NCBI RefSeq assembly: GCF_009834535.1
Contig: NC_045696.1
Location: 102,116,001 to 102,180,000 of the forward strand
DNA length: 64,000 nt
Source of the DNA: Camelus ferus
Taxonomy: Eukaryota
Direction: 5' to 3'
The translations under genes and the position numbers were made by a program. The notes under the pieces were generated by a model. The model saw only the letters and a list, made by a program, of their open reading frames with translations. It had not been told where the DNA came from and made no database searches. Shown here piece after piece: positions 1-11,214 of the stretch. The stretch's first letter is position 1. Each line of letters starts with the position of its first letter.

Positions 1-435
1 GGAAGTAGATTGTTCTAGAACACCATTCAGCCATGTTTGAAATCAAGAAAAGGATGTGTGATTGTCAGTGTTTTTATTATGCACTCATGTACTGAGGAAA
101 TAATCTCTTCCTACAAAGCACTTACATTCCAAAAAAGGACTTAAACAAACACAAATACTAGTTCACAGAAATACGGTGGAATTAATGTGAAAAGAATAAT
201 TTTCCTTATATAAGAGTAATTAGAAACCCTGTACCTGTACCTGTATGCCAAAAGAATCAGCTGGTTATTGTGTGGCAAGAGATGTTAAGATCTAGGGAGC
301 CTTTCTCAACAGGAATCCAACAGGAGAACTAAACTCTACAGAAAATTATGTGAGGAACTGTTTTCCCTTTTCTCTCAAAGATGATGCTTAGCTGGATGTG
401 TAGCATGTAAGTTAATTCATTACACACAATAAATG

Positions 436-985
436 CATTTAGTTCTCAAGCGTTTTGGTGTCATAGTCCCTTTTGGTGTCACAAACCACAATTCTTCAAA
501 ATTAAGAAACACCTCAAGGAGTTTTATGCTTATGGGTGTTATATCAGTATTTATGTCTATCAATATTTACCATATTAGAACTTTAAAACATTTTAACATA
601 TTTTTAATGATCTATTTAAAATAGCAAACATACACCCTTTACATGTTAAATGACATATTTTTATAAAAAATAAATTCATTTCCAAAACAAACAAAAAAAA
701 CTTGCTGAGAAGAGAGGTATTGTTCTACACCTTTGCAAATCTCCTTAATGTGTGGTGGAGTAGAAGACAGCTGGATTCTCACATCTGCTTCTGCATTCAG
801 CTGCACTAGCACACATCACATCACATCGCCTCTGGAAAATTCCACTGTACACAGAAGAAATAATAAGAATGAAAAATGCAAGTAACATTGTCATTTCATT
901 CTGAAAATGGTTTTGACCTTGGGAATCTTCCTGGGTAGGTCTCAGGAGCTCCTGGGGGTCCCTGGGCCATACTTTGAAACCATTG
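436..985 (-). mobile_element. hAT-Charlie non-autonomous DNA transposon (Charlie1/MER119-like)
   Basis: Degenerate TIRs (agttctcaagcgttttggt and ggccatactttgaaaccattg). Internal ctggaaaattccactgtacac and ggttttgacct match the recalled Charlie1-family consensus in reverse. Confidence 0.75.
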
Positions 986-1982
986 CCCTGGGGCATTAGG
1001 GCTGGTTTCTCCCAAGGATTCTCGGTGAAGAGGTCTGCAATCGTGTGCTTGCCTATAATATTTTCTCTATTTCTAATTCTGTACCAAAATGATATATTGA
1101 TGGCCAAAATAAAATTGCAGTGTTTTAGGGCTAAATCATTCATGATGGTTTGTATAACTTCTAATTTAGAATGACCTCAGTGAAGTAACATCTAGTGGTT
1201 AGCTTTCTAGATTTGGCATTGTTCTCTGACCTACTTCAGAAGGGTTAGGTTTTCTAGTTTTATTTCTAGAACATGACTGGCAAAGCTTGACCAGCAAAAC
1301 CAACAGGCACTGATTCTGCTGCCAAGTCTTCACTGGGAAGGTTTGGGCTCAGAATAATTCCAGTATTCCAGCCTGTCCTAGGATACCTCAATTTTTTGGA
1401 AGCCTTTCCTTGAAATCTCACTACATACAATATTTCAGAAAAGTGGAAAAAGGTACTGGAGAATTTCCTGTACAGGAATTACAGGAGGGAAAAAGAAACC
1501 TACATTTTCCTCATAATCACTTTTTGGAAATGGAAAAATGCTACCTCATCTGTAAGACTACCAGCTTCCTCACCTGTCAGGACTGACATGGTTCAGCTGC
1601 ACAAGCCGGAGACATTTTTGATTCTCCACGTGTCAGGAACAAATGTCAGACATACTGATTTGCAACCACAGAGAGCAAAACCACAGTGAGCTCTCCAGGG
1701 AGAGCCAGCGTTTTGACAAGGCTGAGTGACGACTTAGAACAACAGGGGTGGGAACTACTGTGTGGTGTTGTCCACAGACCCAGGCAGGTCTTGTGCCAGG
1801 TTGCTGAGAGCTACTGCATTAAAATATCATTTGAAATTTAAATTCCTTGTGAAACACTAAAAAAAATGAGTCAGAGAGCTGCTAATGGAGATTCTAGGGA
1901 AGGAACTATCACTAAATCACCCTGAAGACTTAGAAATGACTGAAAAAGCATTAGGAAAGTGGTCAGTTCAAAAGTTGGCATT

Positions 1983-2034
1983 GGAAAAGAAGGGAAGAAG
2001 GGAAGAAAGAAAAAAGGAAAGAAAGAAGGAAGGA

Positions 2035-2098
<64 letters not shown>

Positions 2099-2173
2099 AA
2101 AGAAAGAAAGAAAAGAAAAAGAAAGAAAGAAAGAAAAAGAAAGGAAGGGAAAGAAAAGAAAAAGAAAGAAGAA

Positions 2174-2238
<65 letters not shown>

Positions 2239-2300
2239 AAAAAAGGAAGGGAAAGAAAGAAAGAAAGAAAAAGGAAGGGAAAGAAAGAAAGAAAGAAAGG
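1983..2300. repeat. Compound (GAAA)n microsatellite, 318 nt of pure purine
   Basis: Directly visible: GAAA arrays with GGAA/GAA/GGGA interruptions and no pyrimidine on the + strand. Confidence 0.98.
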
Positions 2301-2589
2301 CAGACTGATTGTTTAAGAGTCAACACATTGAGATACTGATGGGGTTAACCAGTCATTATCTAAATTTTTATTTCCAGATATGGTTATTACATTTGAGATG
2401 GGAAAATGTTTTGATGCTGTAATAGGGTTGTAACTGGGGATAAGACTCCTGATATGAAGAAAAAATTTATCAAAATATCATATTACTTCACTCTTAGGGT
2501 TTTTCTCTAGAAGAATGAGAATTAGCCTATAATTGACCTTAACAATTTTTCATAAAACTTGACTTCATCCCCCCCCCCCCCAGCTGATC

Positions 2590-2980
2590 TGGACATTTTT
2601 AAAAATCCTCTAGCCTCTAACTCATGCCCTGCTCCCCTGGCTTCCAGCAAATGATCTTGCTTTATTGAGAAGACAACCTCACTTCAGCCCCTTGGTTGTT
2701 CTCTGCCTTCTCTGGACCTTGATTCAACAGTTTCCCTTCTGTCCCCTCTGTCTTCAACTTCTCTTTCCACTTATTCTGCTCAATCTGTAAATTAGTAATT
2801 GAAGAGAAAGCCTTGCTTGGCTTTATACTCCATAGGCTTCCTTTTATCACCAGCTTCTCAGAAGTGCCATCCTCACCACTGCCCCATCCATCCCCTATCA
2901 CTCCTTGCTGTTTGGCTGCTGAAACTATTTTCTCAGATATCTCCAGTGATTCAATGGCATCTCTCAATCATCCACTACTC
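2590..2980 (+). mobile_element. L2 LINE fragment (degraded)
   Basis: cagcaaatgatcttgctttattgagaa and pyrimidine-rich L2-like sequence. Confidence 0.45.
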
Positions 2981-4554
2981 TTACCTGGGGGTAGTTGTGT
3001 GTGTATGTGTGTTCATCTCCTTGAGCATGAGGTCATATATGCGCTTGTATCCCTTACTACCAACTTGGGAGACAAAGTGGGTTTTTCTCTAGCTACAAAG
3101 TCAGTGGGAAGAGGGTGTGTGGAGGAGGAGCCCCAAGCGGAGCATTAGAAGCTGCCCGTAAGTGATGAGTACAACTAAAGTACGACAAAGGCAAAAATGA
3201 CTAAATCTCCTGATAGAAATCAGAGGTTTAAGAAGTTGGATTATGTCTTCATCCCTTCCTACCCAGCTGGTGTCTAGAGTGTTCCCTTTACACTGTCACA
3301 GAAGGCTCACCTAAACATGCATTGCTTTTCTGCCCAGCCTTGGGCCCGGGTTGTCCTTATAAACCTAGCAAGGTGCCGTCAGAGCCAATGTGAGCATGTC
3401 CACAGCTCTTCCAAGAGGTTCTCTCCTGGGAAGGTGCCACAGAGAGTTTTGGACATTGTGTGTGAGACTGAGTCCTGCCAACGAGCTAATTAAATGAGTT
3501 TTTTAAAAAGCTCTATGCTTAGCAGCAAAAGTGGGTGGCTAATTTCCTGACTCACCTATTCAACTCATTTGTGGTCCCAGCAAATACTTCCTCTTGTAGG
3601 ACACACTGCCTGGCTTTATTTCGAAGCTGTCCCATTTCTTCACAGGGTAGTTAGGAATGCACGAGCAATAGCTTTCTCTTTCGTGTGGGACAGCGTTTAT
3701 GAAGTGGAGCTCAGTTCTTCGTGCAGGAGGAATTGTGGGAATGTCAGAACAGTTTTGAACAAAACTGGATATTCAATTAAAAGCCTCCAAAGGTCCACAG
3801 CTCTCAATGGAAAGATGCAAAGTCTGTTCCAGCACAGGGTGGACTTTGTACATAGGGAAGTGGGGAGAGAAACCCAGGACCTTACTTCCCTACTTGTGAG
3901 CCTAGGAAACCCATCTGGGAGTGCAGACAAGCTGCAAGTCATTGTCAAAGGTTGGAAATACAAATAAACAACTGCAGAGATTAAAGTCAATATTCAATAG
4001 AGCTTCTATGATAGAATTTTCTAATTTAAGAATAGCTTTATTTTTATTCCACAAGATCCTAGCAAAAGGAAAATGCTATTCATTAGAAACCCCAGATGAA
4101 GCCTCTTTGTTTTGATTAGATGCAGGGTCTTGACTCTATCCTAGCAGCAGAAAGAAGTTACTTAGCAGAGGTAATTGTTAGCCCCTTCCCACCACCACCT
4201 GCAAAGGCCAAGGGTGGTGGCAAATGTGAACAGCCACACACTGGTAGAGAATACATCTCTGCCGTCCTGCCTGTCACGATTAAGGATCTGCTCAGCTAGA
4301 ATAATGAAATTGACTCTATGCCTAGTAAAATGGGATTTGGCTAATTATCATGCCGATTCATGACATTTTCTATCTGTTGTCTCTTTACCCCAAAGCTAGT
4401 TGTTGAGTTCAATACTCCTTTCCCTAAGATAGTTTTTAGTAAATAAAAATCTACTCATGATGGATATGGTTTTCAGCCGACTTGTTCATGCTTAGGGTCA
4501 GGTTTGGCAAATATACCACATGTATATTTCATGCTTCTTTTTCTCCACTTACCC

Positions 4555-4950
4555 CTCAGCTGTAAGTGTCCCCCAGGGATCTCTCATGAACTCTCTTCTC
4601 TTTCTATATACTTTGTCTAGGCAATCTCAGCCACTCTTGTGGCTTTATGTTCCATCTATATGCTTATAACCCCTAAAATCTTTCTTCTGCTTTGACTCTG
4701 TGTAGTTCAGCCTTTTATTTTCAGCTTTTTTACTGAAGTTTCCACTTGAAATTCCACCTGGCTATTTAAGTCAACATGTCAAAAACCAAACGTACAAAAT
4801 TCTCCTGTCTACAAACTAATTTCTCTTATGCAGCTCATCTACCAGCTGCCCAGGATTGAAACCCAGGTCACTCCTTGCTGTCTCTCAGGCACCAAGACCC
4901 ACCAGTTCTTCATCCCAAATATGTTGTGGGTGCTGTCACCTCTGCTGTAT
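4555..4950 (+). mobile_element. L2 RT-region fragment
   Basis: gtgtcccccagggatctctc...catctatatgcttataac resembles decayed GVPQGS...YADD coding sequence, followed by tcaacatgtcaaaaaccaaac. Confidence 0.65.
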
Positions 4951-5814
4951 CCTCTCTGACATTATTTTTTGTGCATTCACCCACTAAAAGCTTACTGTAT
5001 TCTAGCACTGTGCTAAGGGCTAGTGATACACAGGGAAGATGAGAAACAATGAATAAGTGAAGTACAAAGCACTGTGGTGACTGACCTGTCAGAACCCATG
5101 GTGGTGGCTGTTCAGGGCAGAGCAGGATGTGCAAGAGTTTAAGAGCCTGAATCTAGGACTCTTCCTGTCTTGGTATAGCTCATCTCTTGCCAGAACATTT
5201 GGGAAAGCCTCCAGCCACATGTCCATTCTGCCCTCTGTCCTGCTGCCTGCACTTTATTTCCAAAGTGCAGATTGTGTCACTCTGACTAAAACCCTTCCAT
5301 TATGGCAGGACAAGAGCCAAAGTTCTTGACCCTACTTATGAAACATTTCAACTCAGCTTTTTCTCCCTCAGCATGCTTTTATACAACACAGTTACTAACC
5401 TCACAGTCCAATAGCAAAGGAAAGAACAGAAATGAAAATGCCCACTCTGCCTTAAAAATTTACCATCAGTATCATTTTCAACCACCCTCTTCTCCCCCTT
5501 TGGCAATCAGCTCAGTGGATCATTTTCCTAATGATGGCTGTTCACACTTTGCATAACTTTTTCAAATATCAAGACACTGAATAGTTTTGATGAACACAGT
5601 TAATCAGAGTGTGATTATTTACTGCCCTGATGAACTCCTGGCAGCTGCATACAAGTATGTGATATATAGTAGCCAGGCAGCAGGCTGCCAAATACGAATC
5701 CTGAGGTCCTGATCTTAGGAACATTGACTCCATCTTTATGGATGAATCTGATCACGAGAGAATGAGAGCCAGGTGCCACCGCCTCTCCTTCCACAGGAGT
5801 CAGCCACTGGGACA

Positions 5815-5885
5815 CCATTCATTCAGTCAGTCACTTAGTCATTCGTGCATCAAATATTTATTGAGCATTTGACAAGTGCTCACAG
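5815..5885 (-). mobile_element. L2 3' end
   Basis: cattcattcagtc...aaatatttattgagca is the reverse of the L2 (TGAA)n terminus. Confidence 0.6.
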
Positions 5886-6340
5886 TTTCTTCTGTGATAA
5901 TTTCTCTTATTTTCGCCACATCTGGGATCAAAAAGGAGTGAACTGGGTCACTGCTGAAGGATCAGGGGGCTGGGGGGGCCCTTGAAAGGCTTTTAAAGAT
6001 TGAATAAAATTTTTTTGTAGCAAGAAGTGTGTATGTGTGTTTATGTATTTAAGGAAGGAAGGGAATGGCAGCACTTGAATGGGAAAGAAATATCTGCTCT
6101 GGTAAAGTGAACCAAAATGCAAAAATAATTTACAAAGGACACAATGTGTTTGGGAAATTGTGGCAAATCAGTATGGCTTGAGGGAGGCAGCAAAGGGTGA
6201 GCAGGCGGTGCAGATGGAGATGCTGGAAGGTAAACACAGTGCAGATTATACAAGACTTGTACCAAGGAGTTCAAACTTTCTCGGTAAGCAGTGGGAGTCC
6301 AGAGAAATCTCTAAGGAAGGGGATGCCAGATTGGATTGTT

Positions 6341-6492
6341 TGTGTGTGTGTGTGTGTTTGTGTGTTTGGCGGGGAGAGGGTGGGTAGTTAGGTTTATTTA
6401 TTTGTTTGTATTTGGAGGAGGTACTGGGGATTGAACCCAGGACCTTGTTCATGTTAGGCACGTGCTCTACCTCTTGAGTTATCCCCTCCCCC
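6341..6492 (-). mobile_element. Camelid-type tRNA-derived SINE (vic-1-like) with adjacent (TG)n
   Basis: The reverse complement gives ggggaggggataactcaagaggtagag...gggttcaatccccagtacctcc...aaataaataaacctaa, with A and B boxes and the family tail. Confidence 0.85.
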
Positions 6493-6614
6493 ACAAGATT
6501 GTTTTCTGATGAAAGCTCTGGTTTGTTTTTAGAGATGGATTTGAGAAGACAAGCATTTACTGAGTACCTTATACAGGTGACCACAACCAAGGACAAGTCA
6601 ATGGCTATATCCAG

Positions 6615-6649
6615 CTAACGCTGCATATTTGTGTGTGTTTCTTCCCCAG
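6615..6649 (+). promoter_or_regulatory. Branch point and 3' splice site of the SLC9A9 exon
   Basis: CTAAC at 6615-6619, then a GT/pyrimidine tract ending in CAG at 6649. Confidence 0.85.
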
Positions 6650-6755
6650 TGACGGTGCTGGCCATTTTCCATGAACTGCATGTTGACCCCGACCTGTACA
6701 CACTATTGTTTGGGGAGAGTGTGCTGAATGATGCAGTCGCCATAGTCCTTACATA
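6650..6755 (+). CDS. SLC9A9: Internal coding exon of the endosomal Na+(K+)/H+ exchanger NHE9, probably exon 6; phase 1 in, phase 2 out
   Basis: Translates as (V)[34 protein letters not shown](Y), containing the CPA1 FGESVLND motif. As recalled, HVDPDLYT and IVLTY match NHE9 rather than NHE6 (QVDVELYA/IVLSS) or NHE7 (HADVDLYA). Flanked by acceptor tttcttccccag and donor gtaagt. It is missing from the ORF track. Confidence 0.96.
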
Positions 6756-6761
6756 GTAAGT
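6756..6761 (+). promoter_or_regulatory. 5' splice donor of the SLC9A9 exon
   Basis: Consensus GTAAGT directly after ACATA. Confidence 0.92.
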
Positions 6762-8514
6762 ACCAGACCTTGGCCTGTGCTTCTTCCACCATGTGAAATA
6801 TGCTTCTGTTTGGTGATAATTCCTAGTGACTTTTCTCTTATGGCATAGAGATACAGGCAATTTCTAGCTTTTTAAGGAATTGTTACCAAAGAAAATCTCC
6901 AATAATGGGTATAATTCATTAGGAACTTAATTTCAACACTAGTAATAAGTTTCATGTTTCTAGCCTATTGCAAGATACTACTCAGATGGTACTGTTTTTT
7001 TTTTTTCTCAGTGCATATATTTAGCTGATTCACTTAGGGTTCCTAAAATGCATATAAATAAGCTTTCTTCATTTCTAATCAATATCATTTAATTTTTTTC
7101 CCTTAAGTCATTTTCCAGATAATAGACTAGCAGAAACCATTATATTTGTAGCAAGTTTGGCAAATTGGAGATAGAAGTTGAGTCAGAATACTCTTTATTT
7201 ATCAATGCAAATGTAATGCATTATAGAAACACACGTTTTCAAATCATCACGTGACAAGTAAAACTGATGGAGTTTCAGCTAAGAGCTAATGTAATTTTCC
7301 CTTCTTCCTGGAAGAATTTTCTTCTTGAGATGAGAACGAGTGCTCTTTCCTCACCTCCCCCTGCGACACATTTGTATTTAATAAATGCCACTGTGGTGCC
7401 TTTCGCTATGTCAGAGGTCTCTTCTTGGCTTTAGATTAAGACCAACATTTTGGGCAACTGTCAAATACCCCAAAGGAAAGCAGCTATCTGATAATTAAAT
7501 GTGACAACAGGATTCAATTCAGGGTGTTAATTACTTCAAATGCATTTGAAAATGTATTGTGAAGTCATAAAGGATTTTTAAAAGTCAGCTCTCACAGAGG
7601 GGAGTAGGAAACAGCAGGGCAGTGCTACTCTTTTTCCTGCCAGCTGACATTTCTTAAGACTGCCACCCCAAAGTTATCACTGAATTCAGCAACTTGCAAG
7701 CAAAAGTCTCCAAATAAACTTCTATTTCACCTGGCTAGTGAGAAGTGCCTTTCCCGCATTAAGGGAAAATACCACAAAGTGCAGATTAAGAGCAAAAGCC
7801 AAGGCAGATTCACAAATGCTGAAGGATGTTTTTAAAGAAACACCAAGAACAATTAATTAGAACATCAGGAATCTTTGTTCAAGAAATAACAGTGTTAAAG
7901 GAACTTCTGGAGTAAAAATGTTTAAAAATCTGCTGAGTCCCTCATTTTTACTTCCTGGGCTGCCAAGTTATAAAAGGCCAAGCAAAGCAGAACCACTAAA
8001 GCACAAATGAGCTTGGGAAAGAATAATGCAGCTACAACCAAGGAAAGGTTTGGCCCTTCCGCTTTTAGCACCACCATTCACAGTGGTTTTCCATTAAAAA
8101 GGCAAACTCCAAGAATGAATGTTGATGCTGTTGAGCACAAGCCTGTGGGGCATTTGAAACAGTCCATTTAATATTTCAGGTCAATAGGTGGTTATTACTG
8201 GCAGCGCCTTTTCTACTCCCCTACCCGGCGTTTCATGTCTTAATAAAATGTTTTTCCCACCATGGCAAGTATCCCTGCCTTTCTAGGCACCAGACACTTG
8301 CCATTCTAGCCAAAATCTCATGTGTCCCAGCTTTGGCAATTCAAGTGTTACGCAGAGTGAACCTAATGAATTTCAACTTTAAAATCATGGTAACTCTAAT
8401 TTAGGAATACTTGATCCAGAAACTTCCACACATTGAAATCTGCAGGCTCTTTATTCCGCCTGGTGCGTTTGGACTCCACCAGCCCCTTCCAAGCACTCTA
8501 CTGAGTGTTATGTA

Positions 8515-8703
8515 CAATCAGCTCTCTGTCTATAAGGGATTGGTTCCAGGACCCCTGAAGATACCGAAATCCATGGATGATTAAGTCCTATATACAAAAT
8601 AGCATAGTACAGTCAGCCCTCTGTATCCGCAGGTTCCATATCTGCACTGTCAACTAACCCCAGATAGTTCGATTAGGAACTCACAAATACGGAGGGCCAC
8701 CTG
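8515..8703 (+). mobile_element. TcMar-Tigger MITE (MER2/Tigger2-like)
   Basis: TA flanks at 8513-8514 and 8704-8705; degenerate TIRs caatcagctctctgt and acggagggccacctg; MER2-like gggattggttccaggacccc. Confidence 0.8.
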
Positions 8704-10179
8704 TACCTACACTGTCCTGGGTCTGGACTCTGTCCACCAGTGCTGACTGTTGTTGACCACTTCTTCTTTCACCTGGCACAACTTTCCACATGTTGTACTC
8801 TGCTTTTCTCACTTGCTCCTTAAACAGTCTACAGAACTTATGACAATGTCTTTTGATGCATCTACTTACACACACATTCCCTCTCCTTTTAATGCCACAT
8901 CCCCATGCTCTCTCTTCCAAGTATCTTCTACTTCACATGGAAGATCCCTATTTAAGTTTTCCATGACTTTCAGACCAGAAGTTCAAACCTTTGTCTCTCT
9001 ATTTTTCTCTTCCTTCACTCTAAACTTTGCACAGTGCCCAGACACAACTCTCTGGCTTGTAACCTGGCTTTGTTTACACACACAAAGCTGTCTCCTTCCC
9101 AACTTCTGTTTCTTCCTAATCAAGTCATTCACCACATATCTCAATCTCCTCTTTCAGGAACCACTAGGCCACCTGCTACGTCCCTACTCCACTCCTGTAT
9201 GTGCTTCCAGCATAACAGTGCAATATTCAGTTTACACATATATTTGTGTTTCTAGATAGTAACTTTTTGAAGATGGAGTCTTTGAAATATACATTAAAAG
9301 AGCAAATGAAAATGTCTTCTGTATTTTTCCTTTCTCAGTTCCACCTTTGTGTGGTTTTGAAATTCAAGAATAGAGATAGACCTTTTATTGTACCATGGAA
9401 AAGAAAAGTTACACATTTTGATGTGAAATCAGGGAAAGAACCTAAATCACCGACCACTGTGGCCTTGACAGTACCTCCAAAGCCTCTTTGGAATGGCCAC
9501 ACACTTTCATTTACTCTCCCATCTTCCACCAGCAAACCTCCTTGTTTAAGAACCATCTTCTTAGTATTTTAAATTTTTTTCATTTTTAGTGTTATGACAG
9601 TACTGTGCTTTAGTATTTTTCATTCAAATACACAGTAACCTAGCCACATTTTAGATTAAATCAGCTTTTCTGTGCTAGTCTATGAAGTAAATAACTCATT
9701 ATAATACTGTTTCTTAGGTTAAATGTGCTCTGAATTTCAGACAACTAAGGTACAATTGAATTTTATGACTGCAACTTTTACACACAGCAGTGGGTGTTAG
9801 ATGGTGCATTATATCTTAAAACGATCCAGAATTGTTTATTTTAAATTAAAAGTAACTTAATTTAATGAAAGTTTTGAAGTTAGGTTGTCTCTGATCCATA
9901 CTGTTATTTCAAGTATATAGGGAGTATCATGCCCAAATATGTCATGTGTCCATGTTCATGAGTGAATGAATTCCACGTGATGGATTTGCATTTCTAAAAA
10001 TTGCTTAATAGGCTATGAAGGAAGGCAAAGATATATTAAATATGTCTTGAAGGGTATGTGTTCCCAAAACCTGAACAAAGATCTTACTTTCAGAAGCATC
10101 ATGGCAAAGTAGAAAGAGCCCTAGATTTAAGTCAAAAGAGCTGATGTCAGGATTGCCGTAAATTAAGTGTGTGATTATT

Positions 10180-10365
10180 ACAGTTGACATGAAACCAACC
10201 CAAACTGGACTAAACACAAAAGGAATCTGTGTTGACTCATGAAATTGAGCAGCCAGAGTAGAAATGGCTCAGGCTGGGGAGGGTATAGCTCAGTGGTAGA
10301 GGGCATGCTTGGCATGCTTAGCATGCATGAGGTCCTGAGTTCAATCCCCAGTACTGCCACTGAAA

Positions 10366-10420
<55 letters not shown>

Positions 10421-10890
10421 ACGAACCTAATTACCTTCCTCACCCTGCAAAAAAAAAAAAAAAAAAAAAAGGCAAAATGGCTCAGGAAAGGATCCAGTGA
10501 AATACTAGGATCCTCTCCTTATGCAGCTTCTTCAGGGTTACCTCCCTCACCTGGTCACAAGATGGCTGCCAGCATCTCCCTGGGCTGTATCTCTCTTAAG
10601 GAGAATAGAGCAGGAATCTTTGGCCCATTATTCCCAGCCCAAATCTTAGCACATCTTTCAGATTCTTATGCCATTTCCAGACCCACTTGTGGCAGGGGAA
10701 ATGTGCGGTATTTTTGTTTCAGGTCTAAGTCACATTCTTCATGAGTTGAAGGCAATAATTGGTTTTACTTGGAAGCACATGAACTGAGCCTGGGCAAAAG
10801 TGGGGTTATTGCTGAGAGTGAAGCTGCCGCAAAAAGGAGAAGTGGATACTGCTTAGAAACAAAACAAAACCTAAAAGACCACGACAGTGA
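10180..10890 (-). mobile_element. Old ERVL-MaLR LTR (MLT1J/K-like), interrupted by a SINE
   Basis: gaaaccaacccaaactggactaaac...aaaggaat and caagatggctgccagca are MLT1 motifs. Confidence 0.6.
10276..10470 (+). mobile_element. Full-length vic-1-like SINE with (AAAT)n, poly(A) and a 12-bp TSD
   Basis: ggggagggtatagctcagtggtagag (A box), gagttcaatcccc (B box), (AAAT)n, acctaattacc and poly(A). TSD aaatggctcagg at 10262-10273 and 10475-10486. Confidence 0.92.
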
Positions 10891-11214
10891 CTTTATATGG
10901 CCCAAAACTCTTCACGCTTATTTCCTTACCTATAATACGTAAAAACAGTCATTCTATATATGTTACAAAATTATCCTGGGCAATAAATAAAGCAATATAG
11001 TTGGAAAGGCTCTATAATCTATATAATCTACATAGTCTATGCTTGTAAGTATATGCTTAGTATAATTTATACAGTCATTTATATCAGTATCCTTCATTCT
11101 ACTTACACAGTTCTCTCTGGTTTCATTGAAATGACTAAAGATAGACCTGCTTCTAGTGAAGCATTCCTTCTTAAATATGGTATTTTATGATCCAAGGAAT
11201 AGGAGAATAACAAT

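Noticed and set aside
1871..2339. K/E/R-rich and F/L/S-rich ORFs of 126-151 aa
   Set aside because: They are translations of the stop-free (GAAA)n microsatellite.
3569..3990. 132-aa plus-strand ORF, 97-aa minus-strand ORF and a minus-strand donor AG|GTGAGT near 3555
   Set aside because: Non-ATG starts, no recognisable protein family and no matching exon structure. The region is better explained as regulatory or non-coding.
8750..9572. 169-aa and 108-aa ORFs
   Set aside because: Low-complexity S/F/L-rich translations of pyrimidine-rich intron sequence, with no domain similarity or splice support.
10276..10360. tRNA gene
   Set aside because: The tRNA-like head is followed by a SINE body, poly(A) and TSD, and the anticodon region is disrupted by a duplication.
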